This document shows, piece by piece, positions 13,251 through 24,928 of a stretch of 64,000 bases of DNA (the first letter of the stretch is position 1; each line of letters begins with the position of its first letter). The translations under genes and the position numbers were made by a program. The notes under the pieces were generated by a model. The model was given only the letters and a program-made list of their open reading frames with translations. It was not told where the DNA came from and did no database searches. Source of the DNA: Hydrolagus colliei (lineage: Eukaryota); NCBI GenBank assembly GCA_035084275.1, contig CM068751.1, positions 5,022,001 to 5,086,000 of the forward strand. Direction: 5' to 3'.

Positions 13251-13343
13251 ACTCAATTCATTTTACAGTAAGTCCTATGAAGTGCTTTGAGGTGTCTCAA
13301 TGATGGATAAGGTACTTTATCAAATGCAAGGGTTAATACTATT
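13251..13343 (+). mobile_element. SINE/L2-type 3' tail fragment (variant tail)
   Basis: tcaattcattttacagta...gaagtgctttgaggtgtctc...tatcaaatgcaagg; the same variant occurs at 58397-58502. Confidence 0.7.
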
Positions 13344-13385
13344 GTTATCAACTTGTATTTGAAGCCAGTCTTCGTAACCGACCAA

Positions 13386-13665
13386 GTTGAGGAGGACAAG
13401 CTTGCAGGGCTATGGGGAGTGGGATTGATTTGGACAGCTCTTTTCAAAGAGCCAGCACAGGCCAGATGGGTCGAATTGACTTCGTCTGTGTTGTATAATA
13501 ATAATCCGTCCAAAAAAAACACAGTATTAAAAATTGGTCATTTCAATCCACGACTATTTGTGGGGACGCTGCTGTGAGCAAATGGTTGCTGCGTTTTGAT
13601 ATGAGTGAAAAGCTCATATCAAATGCAAGGATTATTATTACTATAATAATTGTAAGATTCTATGA
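13386..13665 (+). mobile_element. CR1 3' end interrupted by a SINE fragment
   Basis: 13386-13495 aligns with 45350-45489; the terminal ttgtaagattctatga resumes at 13650. Confidence 0.8.
13496..13649 (+). mobile_element. 5'-truncated, internally deleted young SINE nested in a CR1 tail
   Basis: SINE body and tail, flanked by ttgta at 13491-13495 and 13650-13654. Confidence 0.8.
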
Positions 13666-14349
13666 AGTTGCTGGGGATGTTAAAGTAACTCAATGACAAA
13701 ACCAATTGGCAGTCCAATGATGCACATTGCTAATCCCTGCATTGATCATGTCAGATCAGACCACATATTGTAAGGCGGTGTGCTGTGGCATTGTGCTACA
13801 AGTGAATAGTAGCAACTTGGCATTGCTGCTGAAATTAGGAACAAAGGACATAAATAACATCTAGTAGAAAGAAATTTTAGAACAGATCTTTAGAACCGAT
13901 ATATAAAAAGTGCCTGATAGAAAGAGTGATACATCTTTGGAATAATCTACTAAATAGGGTGATAAAGGCACAAAGTAATATTCAAAATGAACTCACACTT
14001 ATCGCAATCTTTTTTATATTTGGGTTCAAAAGAAACAGAAAAGTTGCATGGAGCTCCGAAAGATAGAGCCTTAATTAATAATACTGTGCCTACAAGAAAC
14101 TGATGGATCAATGCTTGCAAAGTTAGCAAGTCTATCAGTTTGCAACGTTTGAATGTTTGTAATGCAATGCCAGCAGCCTATGTGACACACGGCGCCGCCC
14201 AAGTGAATGGCAACTGTAGACGGCAAGAATGGCAAGCAACTTGCCACTGAAGTCATCCTTGCTCACCGTCTGGCAAGAGTATGTAAGGAGCTTTGTAACC
14301 GTTAACTGGAGGTGTAAATCTGCCCTCAATGATTTATGGAACAACCAGA

Positions 14350-15180
14350 CTGAGACCACAAAAATCAGACATCATTAAAGATGAAATGAAACCAGCGAAT
14401 GTGAAGCTCAAATTCTATGACGTACTGGGTGCAGATTACCTCAGTGGTGAGTTCAGAAGATATACGAGCTGAAACACCTGGTAACACGATGCATAATATT
14501 AGTCCAATATTTTCCTGCAGCATTAGACTAAGATTGTTATATCTGTCGTCCCTATGAAACAAGAGGAATGCAGGACAATTATAAAGAATTTAAGGAAGGA
14601 AGGAATTCAATTAGATTTGCTATCAACTTAGTCGACGAATGGATTCACGAATACGAGAACTAGATGGTTTTATATCCATTTGTAGCACTGTTGAAACGAT
14701 ATTCCCGTGATGGTTATGATGATAGCTGACAAATTCATGACAAATAATATCATGTTTTTTCATTGACATGAAAAGCATTTGACGAACTCTGGGAGAAAAG
14801 TCTCTTTAATATCTTTCAGCACTGTTTAATGCTCCAGTGAAGCTTATCAACATCATCCGGACTATCAATAATTGAGCAGAGAGTGCAGTCAAGATCAATG
14901 GTGCACTAACAGATTGGTTCAGAACATCAGTTGGTGTGTGGCAGGGTTGTCTCCTATCAGACAATCTTTTCAATTTGTTCCTAAAATGCATTATGTGCAA
15001 AGCAACGGCCGAGTACCTAAGTGGGATTAACATCAATAGTCGGCTGCTGACAAACTTGAGATTTACTGATGAAATCGTGTTTTCAATAGAAGAAGAATGT
15101 AAGGTCCTATTGACTGTAGAACATCAAGTCAGCAAGATCCTCTGCATGGAGATCAGACAAAATCCATGCTTATGTAAGTG
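14350..15180 (+). pseudogene. RTE-clade non-LTR retrotransposon reverse transcriptase fossil
   Basis: WFRTSVGVWQGCLLSDNLFNLFL...GININSRLLTNLRFTDE corresponds to the RT motifs GVRQG.LSP.LF and NLRFADD. A decayed FID..KAFD lies near 14755-14785. Confidence 0.8.
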
Positions 15181-17462
15181 ACACTTTGTCCAGAAACCAA
15201 TTTAGCACAAACTAATCTGGAGAAATTCAGGCCCTTTAAATAATTGGACTGCAGCTTAACTCCACACAATCATGCTTCACTGAATATAATAAGATGTATA
15301 GTAAGAAGAGAAGCACAGCCTCTGAGTTGTGGTGCTGTGTGGAAATATTGAGCTTTGACCAATGCTTTAAAGTTAGGCGAGGAAAACCGCTCACCTTTAT
15401 ACGTGCAAGTCATTGAAGGATATTTTGGTTCAAAGTATAAAGAGTATATACTACGTATGTGAATGTCTCTTGTGAAGCCCACGTGAGTCATGTTGGCAAG
15501 TCGGGAAGATTAATTTACAGAATGATCTTGCCAGCATGACATGAAAACAACAAGCACAATGGAGGTCAGGCTTGTGCTGCGCACGCCTTTGCCAAAGCGA
15601 AAACAAAGTGTAGAGTAAGCACAGGCTCTTCAGGGAACTGACTTATTGAATGGCCGAACAGAATACCTCAGTAGAGGTGTCACACACAGAGTTGATATTC
15701 AATTAAGACTTGACTAGGAAGGTGATTGAGCTTCATCAACCAACTCCTTTCAACACTGACTAAAAGGAGCAGTGTCGGAAGCTGAGCGAATGCTTTGTAA
15801 AAGTTAGGGGGTCTGATGAGGAAGTCAGGTACAAAAAGCATTTTTGTTTTCCTTTTAAGAGAATTGATTTTGGTGTAAAGATAATAAATGACAGTCAGCA
15901 TTTATGACATGATCCCTGGTATGCCTCACAAGCACCAGTTCACAGTGCGAGCCCTGTTAGGTTTTTCCTGAAGGAATAAGTATCCTGTTTCAAGTGTTTT
16001 ACTTTATATTATCTGAGTCAAATGTTAACACAGAATACAATTGCAGACTTTATTCAGGAGCATCTGGAAGAACAACCAGATCTCTGCTCCAATGATTAAA
16101 GAAGCCATATTCTGATTTAAACTATCCAAACAAAGATAAGTTGCTGGCTATAAGAAAACAATTAAGAGATACCTGTGATATAAAAGTCTTTGTCTCTTCC
16201 CTGATGAATGTGCACGGTTTCTATTATGGTTGACTTAATTTAATATGAATAAAAGCTAAAGATTAAATATGTTAAAGGGCTGACAGAAAGAAATAGTTGA
16301 AATGTCTGCGTATGATTTGACCAGACAATTAATATTGTTCTTCGTGGTGACAAAAAACACCACATTGTAACCAGTCTAAGGCTCCACTTTACCACCTTTC
16401 AAATATCTCTTTCAGCAGCTTAAGTGGGGAATTGATGAATAAATGATAGCCAAGCTATCGCCGTTATGAAACCATTGCATCTTATTCTAAGATCAATAGA
16501 AGCAAAATCAGCACCAGTCAAAAAATCCTGTTTACTGTTTTCCCAGGTTTAAAGAACTGCTCTTCTGATAGACTGGCAATAAAATGCATTTCCAACTGGG
16601 ATGTCCGTCTATTTACAGACTCGGTGCTTCAGAATCCATGAACAGCCTGTAACATCTCCATAATAGATATTCAGCATCTATTATTCATTAGTATTCACCA
16701 CCACTTTATCTTGTGCAACAAAATATTTTTCAAAAATGAATCCTGCCACAGCCTTTTTCTGCACCTCGCTGTAAATATTATCGGTTTTAGATCTAGTACC
16801 TAAACTTACTTTCTGCTGCTCTCTGTGGAATATAAGATTTGAGAGAATTAGACTTTTTTTCCCTGCCGCCTCAAAATAATGTACGTCCCCAAGAGTTGTT
16901 TTAATCACTTGGGGGAAAAAAAACTATACGCATTACCTGAAGCCTTTTGGTTAGACAAGAGGGTTACGTAACAAAGTTCACTTTGACGTACTTACACCCC
17001 ACCCAGCGCTAGAGAATGCCTTTAGTTTACATAAAGATGATATGAACTGAGTAAAATCTCCTACGATGTTCATTTTCAGCTGCTCTTTCTTATTCAGTCA
17101 ATACCCTGGATGGTGTTACATTACTAGCCTGATCTACAGCACATATTGGGTAAAAGCTGTTAATTCTCTTGCTCCCTGAACGGCGTTGCTTGTGTCTTGT
17201 CTCAATATCACCTCTTATGCATGTTCACTGTGAACCCGGCAAGTGGCAAAGCCTGACTATAGCTGCAGCATCCATCTCTATTCTCACATTTAGTGAGAAA
17301 GTGTTGACCTAGTGATGCACAGGTATAAAATTATACCAGAGCAATACCATCTAATACAGGTTATTTCTTAACACAATTCCATATTGAAGAACCCCATCAA
17401 CCTGCAAGTTCTCAGCTCTAGAAATAAATGCTATTGGAGCGAAGCTCCTATGAGTCAATGTG

Positions 17463-17570
17463 ATAATAATAATAATCCTTGCATTTGATATAGCGCTTTT
17501 CACATCTTATCAACGTCTCAAAGCGCTTCACAGAATATACTGCAAAGTGAATTGACTGTATATTTGTGGC
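17463..17570 (-). mobile_element. Young SINE 3' fragment
   Basis: ataataatccttgcatttgatatagcgcttttcac...gactgtatatttgtgg. Confidence 0.85.
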
Positions 17571-17713
17571 CGATTCATGTATGGTTCCCGGAAGGAGCCC
17601 TCCCACCCCATTTCCACAACCCGGGTCCTTTATATAGAAATTGACTTAAGAAATACCACAGATTAGATGCTGCGTTCAATAGCTGGTTTGTCTACTGGCC
17701 GACAAGGGGTTAA
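17571..17713. mobile_element. Possible piggyBac-type MITE end
   Basis: Ends ggccgacaagggg followed by TTAA; I did not find the opposite TIR. Confidence 0.25.
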
Positions 17714-18104
17714 ATTTATTCATGTGCATCCACACAAGTTATAATTGCTACATTTTGTAAAATATTGTGAAAGACATTACTGATTAGATAAAAGTGTGCC
17801 TCTCTTAAGTGTTTTATGGCTGGGCATCATATGGTCTCATCCAGACTAAATCAATAGGTGATGCTGATGGCGACCGAAGATGATCTGACAAAAGAAAGAC
17901 AAATCCACGTTCAGCAGCACACTAAAATCAGAAGAAGCATTCAATGATCTATTTGCCAATCACAGCATGAAGGCAAAATCAATCAGTCAATTGTCTCTGT
18001 GTGCTGATCTTAACGAAGAAGGACATGATGGGTGAATGGCAGCCAGTGAATAGATTTCTGTCGTGATATCTGAGTAACTGAAGGATCAGTGCAAAACAAT
18101 TGGT

Positions 18105-18481
18105 TGGGGGTGGTGGGGGGGGGGGAGGGGGGGAATCAATCAATTGAAAGAATTCAATACACAATGTCCTTTGTCATTGATACAATCCAAGACAGCTGAA
18201 AAATTTAAATAAAATGCTTTGTTTGTATTAAAATCACTTGAGCTGTGAATACTGATAGAATGGAGAGAAAATGGGAGAAAAGGACACCAAGTTCGAGTTT
18301 GGCCGCAACAGCTAATCAGGTCAAGTCGATTGCTTGCTTTAACGACCACAAATTGAAGGCTCTCTCATCCAGGAAGCTGCTCTATTTTCTGTCTCTTCAG
18401 GTGTGAGTCTCACCTGGAATTGATTGCGTACTTTGCGGGCGGGTGGGGGACGGGGTGGAGGGGGAATGGGGGGAATGGGGC
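18105..18481 (+). repeat. Two G-tract clusters (potential G-quadruplexes)
   Basis: G runs at 18105-18134 and gggcgggtgggggacggggtggagggggaatggggggaatgggg at 18437-18480. Confidence 0.5.
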
Positions 18482-19663
18482 GATGGTCCAGCACAGATTG
18501 TGAATATCATTTTAAAAGGAAGATTATAAAATTATTTTTTCCTATCACAGTGCTTTCTTCCTTCCCTGTTGCTGCCAGGGCATACATACATGTATCCTGC
18601 CTACTGAGCAACTGACTTTCTCCCAGTTTCGTTCCAGTATGATGCTCCTACAGATATTTTCCACACTGTAGATTGGTGCTCGTGTTTTTTTTGTGATGAG
18701 TCGCGAGTCTGACCAATGCAGAAACCTATCGCCATGTTCAACGGTATCCACTGAGAGTTCCACGCATGTATTGCCACTTATGTGTGGAAATTTCCCTGGA
18801 GAAATGCAGCCTGCTTACCTAGTTCAGGAAAGTATGAGGTCGATGCCTGATTCCTGCTCAGTGACTTGCTGCAACAGCAAAGCTAATACCAGGAATTCAG
18901 CAACTCAAGTTAGTCAAAGCCACGCGCTCTTTGCCAAAGAAAATTATGCTTGGCCCGGCCATTATGGGAATAGAAGTTATTGTGAATAAGAAAATGTTGC
19001 ATGTCCTTCCATACACTAAGTTCATGTCATGGTGCTGAGGATGCAGTAGGAGATAAAATGAATGTATTTCTAGCAAATTTCCCACTGAATTACAATATCT
19101 GTTTGACCTCAGCTCATCTGTTTTGCTTGTTTCGCGATAACCTCGACAGCAGTTGCCTGTGAAGTGTTCCAATGGGTAACAGTGACAACCTTGTCTTTTA
19201 AGAAACGGCTTCAGTTCACTGACGATGTGGAAAGAAAACCGAGTTGTTCAGACCATTATTAATTCATGTTGACTATAAAGGGAATGCATGGCATCGAGCC
19301 AGAACATGACGTTTCTTAAAGAATTTGTGGCCAGCAGCTTTCGTTTTTCACACGACAAATTATATAAAGAATGAGTGGAAATACATATCCTCACGAGTTG
19401 GTTTGGGGACAATATGTACATAATGGTGTTCACACAAAACTCCGCAGCAATGTATGGCTATTTATTTAAAATATGGATGTGAAAACTTTGTTTTCCTTGC
19501 AATGCCCTTCATTCTGAAGTAGTTGTCACATGTCAGACAGAGTTGACTGCACAAATAAAGAAGTAGACAGTTGCTGACAGTAGACTTAAGACATCAGCTG
19601 TGCACGCAAAAATACAATTGATGTATCATGCAGTCTAACAATAAATTTATTCCTCTTTCCTAG

Positions 19664-19714
19664 GGATCAACAGAGAGCTTCAGTTCCCTGCATGTAGGAT
19701 AGTATTCACTGAAG
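19664..19714 (+). other. Candidate 51-nt internal exon
   Basis: CTAAC branch point at 19635, ttcctctttcctag acceptor and AAG|gtgagc donor. Confidence 0.35.
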
Positions 19715-19844
19715 GTGAGCAAAGCAAATATCAGGAAGTTGAGACAGTGGAACATATTTTTAATTAAGATACTTTTTGATTAGATCTCTGCTGAAGACCA
19801 CAATGTCCCCACATGATATTCACAAGATTAGTTTAGATGAACAA

Positions 19845-20170
19845 GCTGAGCTGACCTCATCCCTCCACCCTACCATCGGCTGTCGGGCCTCTCTGCCCCT
19901 AAAGTCTGGAACTTCACTCCACATTCCCTTTGCCTTCCTGCCTCCCTTGCCTTCTTTGAGGTATGCCTCAAGACCCCATCTTCAACCATGCCTTTAGCTG
20001 CCTTCCTATACTCTTTGCCCTCCAACCGCCCTTATAACGATACCCCCACCTACCATCCCATTCTACCCCCCACCCCCTCCAGTCCTCCCACTCAGATCCT
20101 TGACAATTGAGCTCCTTGGGACATCCTCCCAAGATGAAAGGTGCTTTTCAAATGTAATTTTATATTTTGC
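19845..20170 (+). mobile_element. L2 LINE 3' fragment (older)
   Basis: ccctaccatcggctgtcgggcc...ctcaagacc...catgccttt parallels 54585-54720; tail ccttgggacatcctcccaagatgaaaggtgc. Confidence 0.75.
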
Positions 20171-21681
20171 TGTGTTGTATCTTGCACAACATTCTAAAAG
20201 CTTCTTTCAGTTACTCTGTGGTGATTAATGTATTATCTATATTTTATTGGCAGAAGATTATGGATTTAAAGGTTCTCACCATCTAGGCTTCAAGTCACAA
20301 TGTTGGTCATCGGTTATGCTTGAAGACTTTCGTCCATTTCGATATTCCTGTGGATGTTTAATGAAATCAGAATAAGTTATTGTAGGAACCAGAGTAATCA
20401 GCTGGTAGATGATTGATGGTGTAATACATAATGCAAACAACTAGTGTTCTCCATGGATGGCTGAAGGAAATTATTTAATTCCCTGTTGTTTGTGGATCGA
20501 TAATATATATATATTATATATATAGTCAACCTCTAATCCACAGAACCTGAAACAACTATAAAATAGCTGTAACATTTGTTCCTGTTACTTGCAAATACTC
20601 CTGTCACTTGACTTTAAGTGCACGCAACAACCTCGCAGAAGGTAATGAAATATTGTCCAAAGAAATTATACTAGGATTGCCGTCCCTGGCAAGTTTGTGC
20701 TATTGACTGATTCTTTTGATACTTAAAATTCAGCACATAAATATATTTACTTGTTTGAATTACTTAACTTATTGTCTATCAGCGCCAGTATTACTGCAAT
20801 TGAGGGGGAGTGGGGGAGGTGGTGGGGGGGGGAAAGAAGGGAGAAAAGGAACCTGCATTTAGCACTGGTGCCCGCCAGGCACAGACAATCCACAATCAAG
20901 GGAACCTGAAGTAGAACACAAACGATTATAACTGTGGCTTTTGCCATGTCAGAGTTTGAGTGATTGCACTAAAGGGAAAATCAGCCCATTATTTAGAGAC
21001 CACTAGATTCTGAACTGTAAATAAATTATATTGTATCTCACCTCAGATAGAAACATCTTCTATTTTATGAGTAAACCTAGCAAAAGATATTCAACTTACC
21101 ATTATTTTGAGGGATTTTATCAAGGGATCTTGTCAAGCTATTTAAATGTGTGTGAAATATCATTTTATAAGGTTTAACATCCTTTAAATTCTTTGATATT
21201 AACCAGGAAAGGAATATCAAACCATTTATTGATCCTGTTGAAAACAAAAATGATTGCGTGGAAAATGCATAACAGGAGAATGATGCATAAATATTAACTT
21301 TATCTTTCAACACACAGCAAACAGATAACAGTTGATTTTAACATTTTTATTGCTAAACAAATTTCATCGCCAGTAATTTCCTTTATTTGCTCTACCGAGG
21401 TTGCAGCATTCTCTCAAATAGCTTTGCTCCATTGATTAAAAAAAACAAGTACAACTTGTTCCACAGTTGGATTTGCAGACTTTGTCACACTTACCATAGG
21501 ACCCAAACAGTATTTAACAACACAAATGTTACATGATTAAGTCTTCATTGGGTGCTTGGATGCCATTAGAGCTGATACCAACAGTATTTCCCCCCACAGG
21601 CAAATTGCAATTGCTGGCACTCAGCTGACTGTTAATGCAAGTGTGGAAAATATCAACAAACTTTATAACTTTATAAATTAC

Positions 21682-21992
21682 AATCCTTGCATTATCATAT
21701 AGCGCTTTTCACGTCTTCTAGACGCCTCAAAGCGCTTCACAGAGTATACTGTAAAGTGAATTGACTGTATATTGTGGGCGAAATGCGGCAGCCAATTGTG
21801 CATAGCAGTGTCCCACAAACAGTCGTGGATTGAAATGATCAATTTATTGTAGGTTTTTTTGGGGATGGATTATTATTAGACGTGTGGAGTAAGGAAACTT
21901 GCCCAAGGTTTCGCCCTGATGTGCCTGGATTCGAAACCCGGGTCCTATGCTTGTAAGGCGAGCGCTCTAACCACTGAGCTACAGGAGTTCCA
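21682..21992 (-). mobile_element. Young tRNA-derived SINE, full length
   Basis: Reverse complement of 2451-2777 with intact A and B boxes. Confidence 0.92.
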
Positions 21993-22442
21993 TGTTTGTA
22001 TTCATTTTCATCACTCAAAACCATCGCAGACAAAACCATCGCAGAAAGTGCTTTTGATTGAAATTGAAGCCTTTGTGTACAATTAGAGATAACAGGAAAC
22101 ATACTGTGAAATCCCCTCTGAGTTTCTGTTCATTTTTTTTGTAGATGGCAGGATTTAGTAAAAGATGTTTTGGTCCATTGAATCAACCCTCACCTGTAAA
22201 GAATTGGACTAGATAAAGTAGGACAGGTTTTCCCCCTACTGAACTCTTCCACTTATGACTTCACTGAAGTTCTGAATCTTGAACTGAACTGTAGAATGCA
22301 ACAACAACATGTCTGTCAATCTCTACTACTAATTTTGTTTTGATTGAAATGCATTTATATAGATTTGGAGAACTCATTTGCAGAAAGTCATTCAATTGAT
22401 ATTTTTCATTTAAATGTTAAGCTTGTTTTGATCTTGATTACA

Positions 22443-22680
22443 GCAACAACAAAATTACATTTGAATGGCGCCTTTCACATCAGGAGGATGTCCATTGAAT
22501 CAAGCGCCTTGGGACGTCCTCCCGACGTGAAAGGCGCTTTATAAGTTTAAGTTGTTGTTGTTGTTGTTGTTGTCCCAAGGCGCTGGACAGTCAATGTTTT
22601 AGAGCCGAGCTGGGGTCAGGATCGGGGAGAGTGGAGGGAAAGGAGGGGATCTGGGGTGATCAATTAGGTGAGGGATGCTG
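22443..22680 (-). mobile_element. L2 3' end interrupted by an antisense L2 tail
   Basis: Tail at 22443-22493 continues at 22571 (tgtcccaaggcgctggacagtcaatg), colinear with 4947-5040. Confidence 0.8.
22494..22570 (+). mobile_element. Very short (77-bp) L2 3' tail insertion
   Basis: gcgccttgggacgtcctcccgacgtgaaaggcgc followed by (GTT)n; flanked by the direct repeat tgtcc. Confidence 0.85.
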
Positions 22681-24604
22681 GTGCTGGGGGTGAAATGCTT
22701 CTCTCACTTTTACATTTAATGTCACCTCCAAGTGCTCAGATCAGATGCAAAATAATGCTGCATTATTTTCAGTTCCAAATGAACATGTCGGCTGGGTGAA
22801 ATTAACTATTTGTTAATTACTCTTGAAATATGAGCAGTTCTAGATCTGCAGGTAGGTCAAGCTCACTGTACACCTGGGACACAGATTTGTATATTTTGTG
22901 TCCGTTCTTGGTCACCATGAGGAATGGGACTGGAATCTGCCTGTACGTAACTTCCAGAATAGGGAATGCACTCAAATTAATCTTAAACGTAACATAATTA
23001 ATACCCCCGCTGAGCTCTGTTCATTGTTTTGTGTTACCTTGGGAACCCTAATGGTCCTTTGTTTTACGGAGAAGCAGTATAATCCTGGTGTTACAGATTT
23101 ATTTTCAGAGTTTCAGAGTTTAATCAGAATACTGAATTATTTATAGAGAGTGAACATTCATTGAGTATAGAGATTATGATTCCACCTGCAAGTGAAATTT
23201 AAAGTAGATAATTAGTTGTCCCTTCCCTTCAGAGACAATGCCTTAGATTTCACTCTGCTCTCTGGCATATTCTCTCCAGATTTCATTTGTATTTGGTTGT
23301 CATAATGCACACACTGGATAGTAAATTAAGCACGCCGAGCCAAGCTTTCCGAGCTCCATTATAAGCATTTTCCTTTTACGAAGAGTGAAAATTAGCTTCA
23401 TTCTCCCGTGAACAGTCATTAGTTTCAGAAAATTTCAGGCACCAATGATAATTATCATGTCACACATCACAATTTTTCACCCCATTCTTCCCTATTCACC
23501 ACATCCAAATACTTGAGATTAGGTGTTTAGTCAAATGGAATATTGCAAGGTCTCTGCAGGAGTATTGTATGGTATCAAGCCCAAGTAAAAGTCATGCAAT
23601 CTTTTCCTAATATCCATAGTTAATAACATTCCGATCAGAACTCATTCCTCCGACAGTTTTCTCCTCTTATTGCAGCAGGGTGCGTTCCAATGGATTTGGG
23701 ATTCAAAATGAAGTTAAGTTATTTTGCTTTCTACTTCAGAATCTGGTCATTTTAACCAATGTGCATGGTAGGGGTGGTGGCTGGGGGAGAGATTTGCTTC
23801 CGCAGATCAAGCTTTAAGGATAACTATAATTACCTCTGTTCACATGGTTTACACGTGGGGAGTAATAGACCCCACTGCGAAAGTAGCAACCTTGCTACAA
23901 ATTTTAACCTGTGTAGGTTTATGCTGCTGAAAGGCTGATAAGCAATAAGACCATAAACGAGCTGTCTCTTGAAGGCTCACACAACAGGGATTATGTGTCT
24001 CTGGCTATTTAAATGGTATCAATGATGATATATTTGACTTTGATCTTTATATCGTGGAAACATTGATGTATATCAAAGTATCAGCAAATTGGAAAAAATA
24101 TCCTAAAGCAGGGGTGTAGCATTCTTTAATAAATATATGTCTTGCTATCTCTACATTATATAATTTAACAGAAATAAAACTAGAATTTCTGAAAGATAGT
24201 TTTCCAAATCCAAAATGACTTTGACTGTTGCTTGCACACACAACCAAAAGCCTAAATCGGAAAAATATGTTATTAACTTAATATTAACTAACTTTGTTTT
24301 AAAATTTGTATAGGTACTTTTAAAATTGGATGGAAATTGTGTATACTGTAATTGCATCGTCAATATCAGCTTCTGTGGAATAGTCAATAGTTATAACTGC
24401 TATGAAAGCTCCAATGTTGTGGTATTTAACAAAGTCAAAATACTTAACAATTATTCTCCTCTGTATCACAAGAAATGTTCATTTTAAAGAAGCTCTGCCA
24501 GGGTGCAGACATATTGTAGGATTGGATTTTGACCCCCACATATTGTTTTCTCTTGTTCTTCCTTCCTATATTAGGAACCACAAAGGTGACTCAATAAACA
24601 TTAT

Positions 24605-24928
24605 TATAATAATAGTAATCCGTGCATTTGATATAGCGCCTTATCATGTCTTCTAGACGTCTCAAAGCGCTTCACAGAATATACTGTAAAGTGAATTGAC
24701 TGTATATTTGTAGGTGAAATGCAGCAGCCAATTGTGCACAGCAGTGTCCCACAAACAGTCATGGATTGAAATGACCAATTTTTTTAATTATTAGGTGTTA
24801 TTATTAGGGATTATTATTAGGTGTGTGGAGTAAGGAAACTTGCCCAAGGTATCGCCCTCACCTGCCTGGATTCGAACACAGGTCTCACGTAAGGCGAGTG
24901 CTCTAACTACTGAGCTACAAGACTCCAC
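24605..24928 (-). mobile_element. Young tRNA-derived SINE, full length
   Basis: Reverse complement of 2451-2777. Confidence 0.92.
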
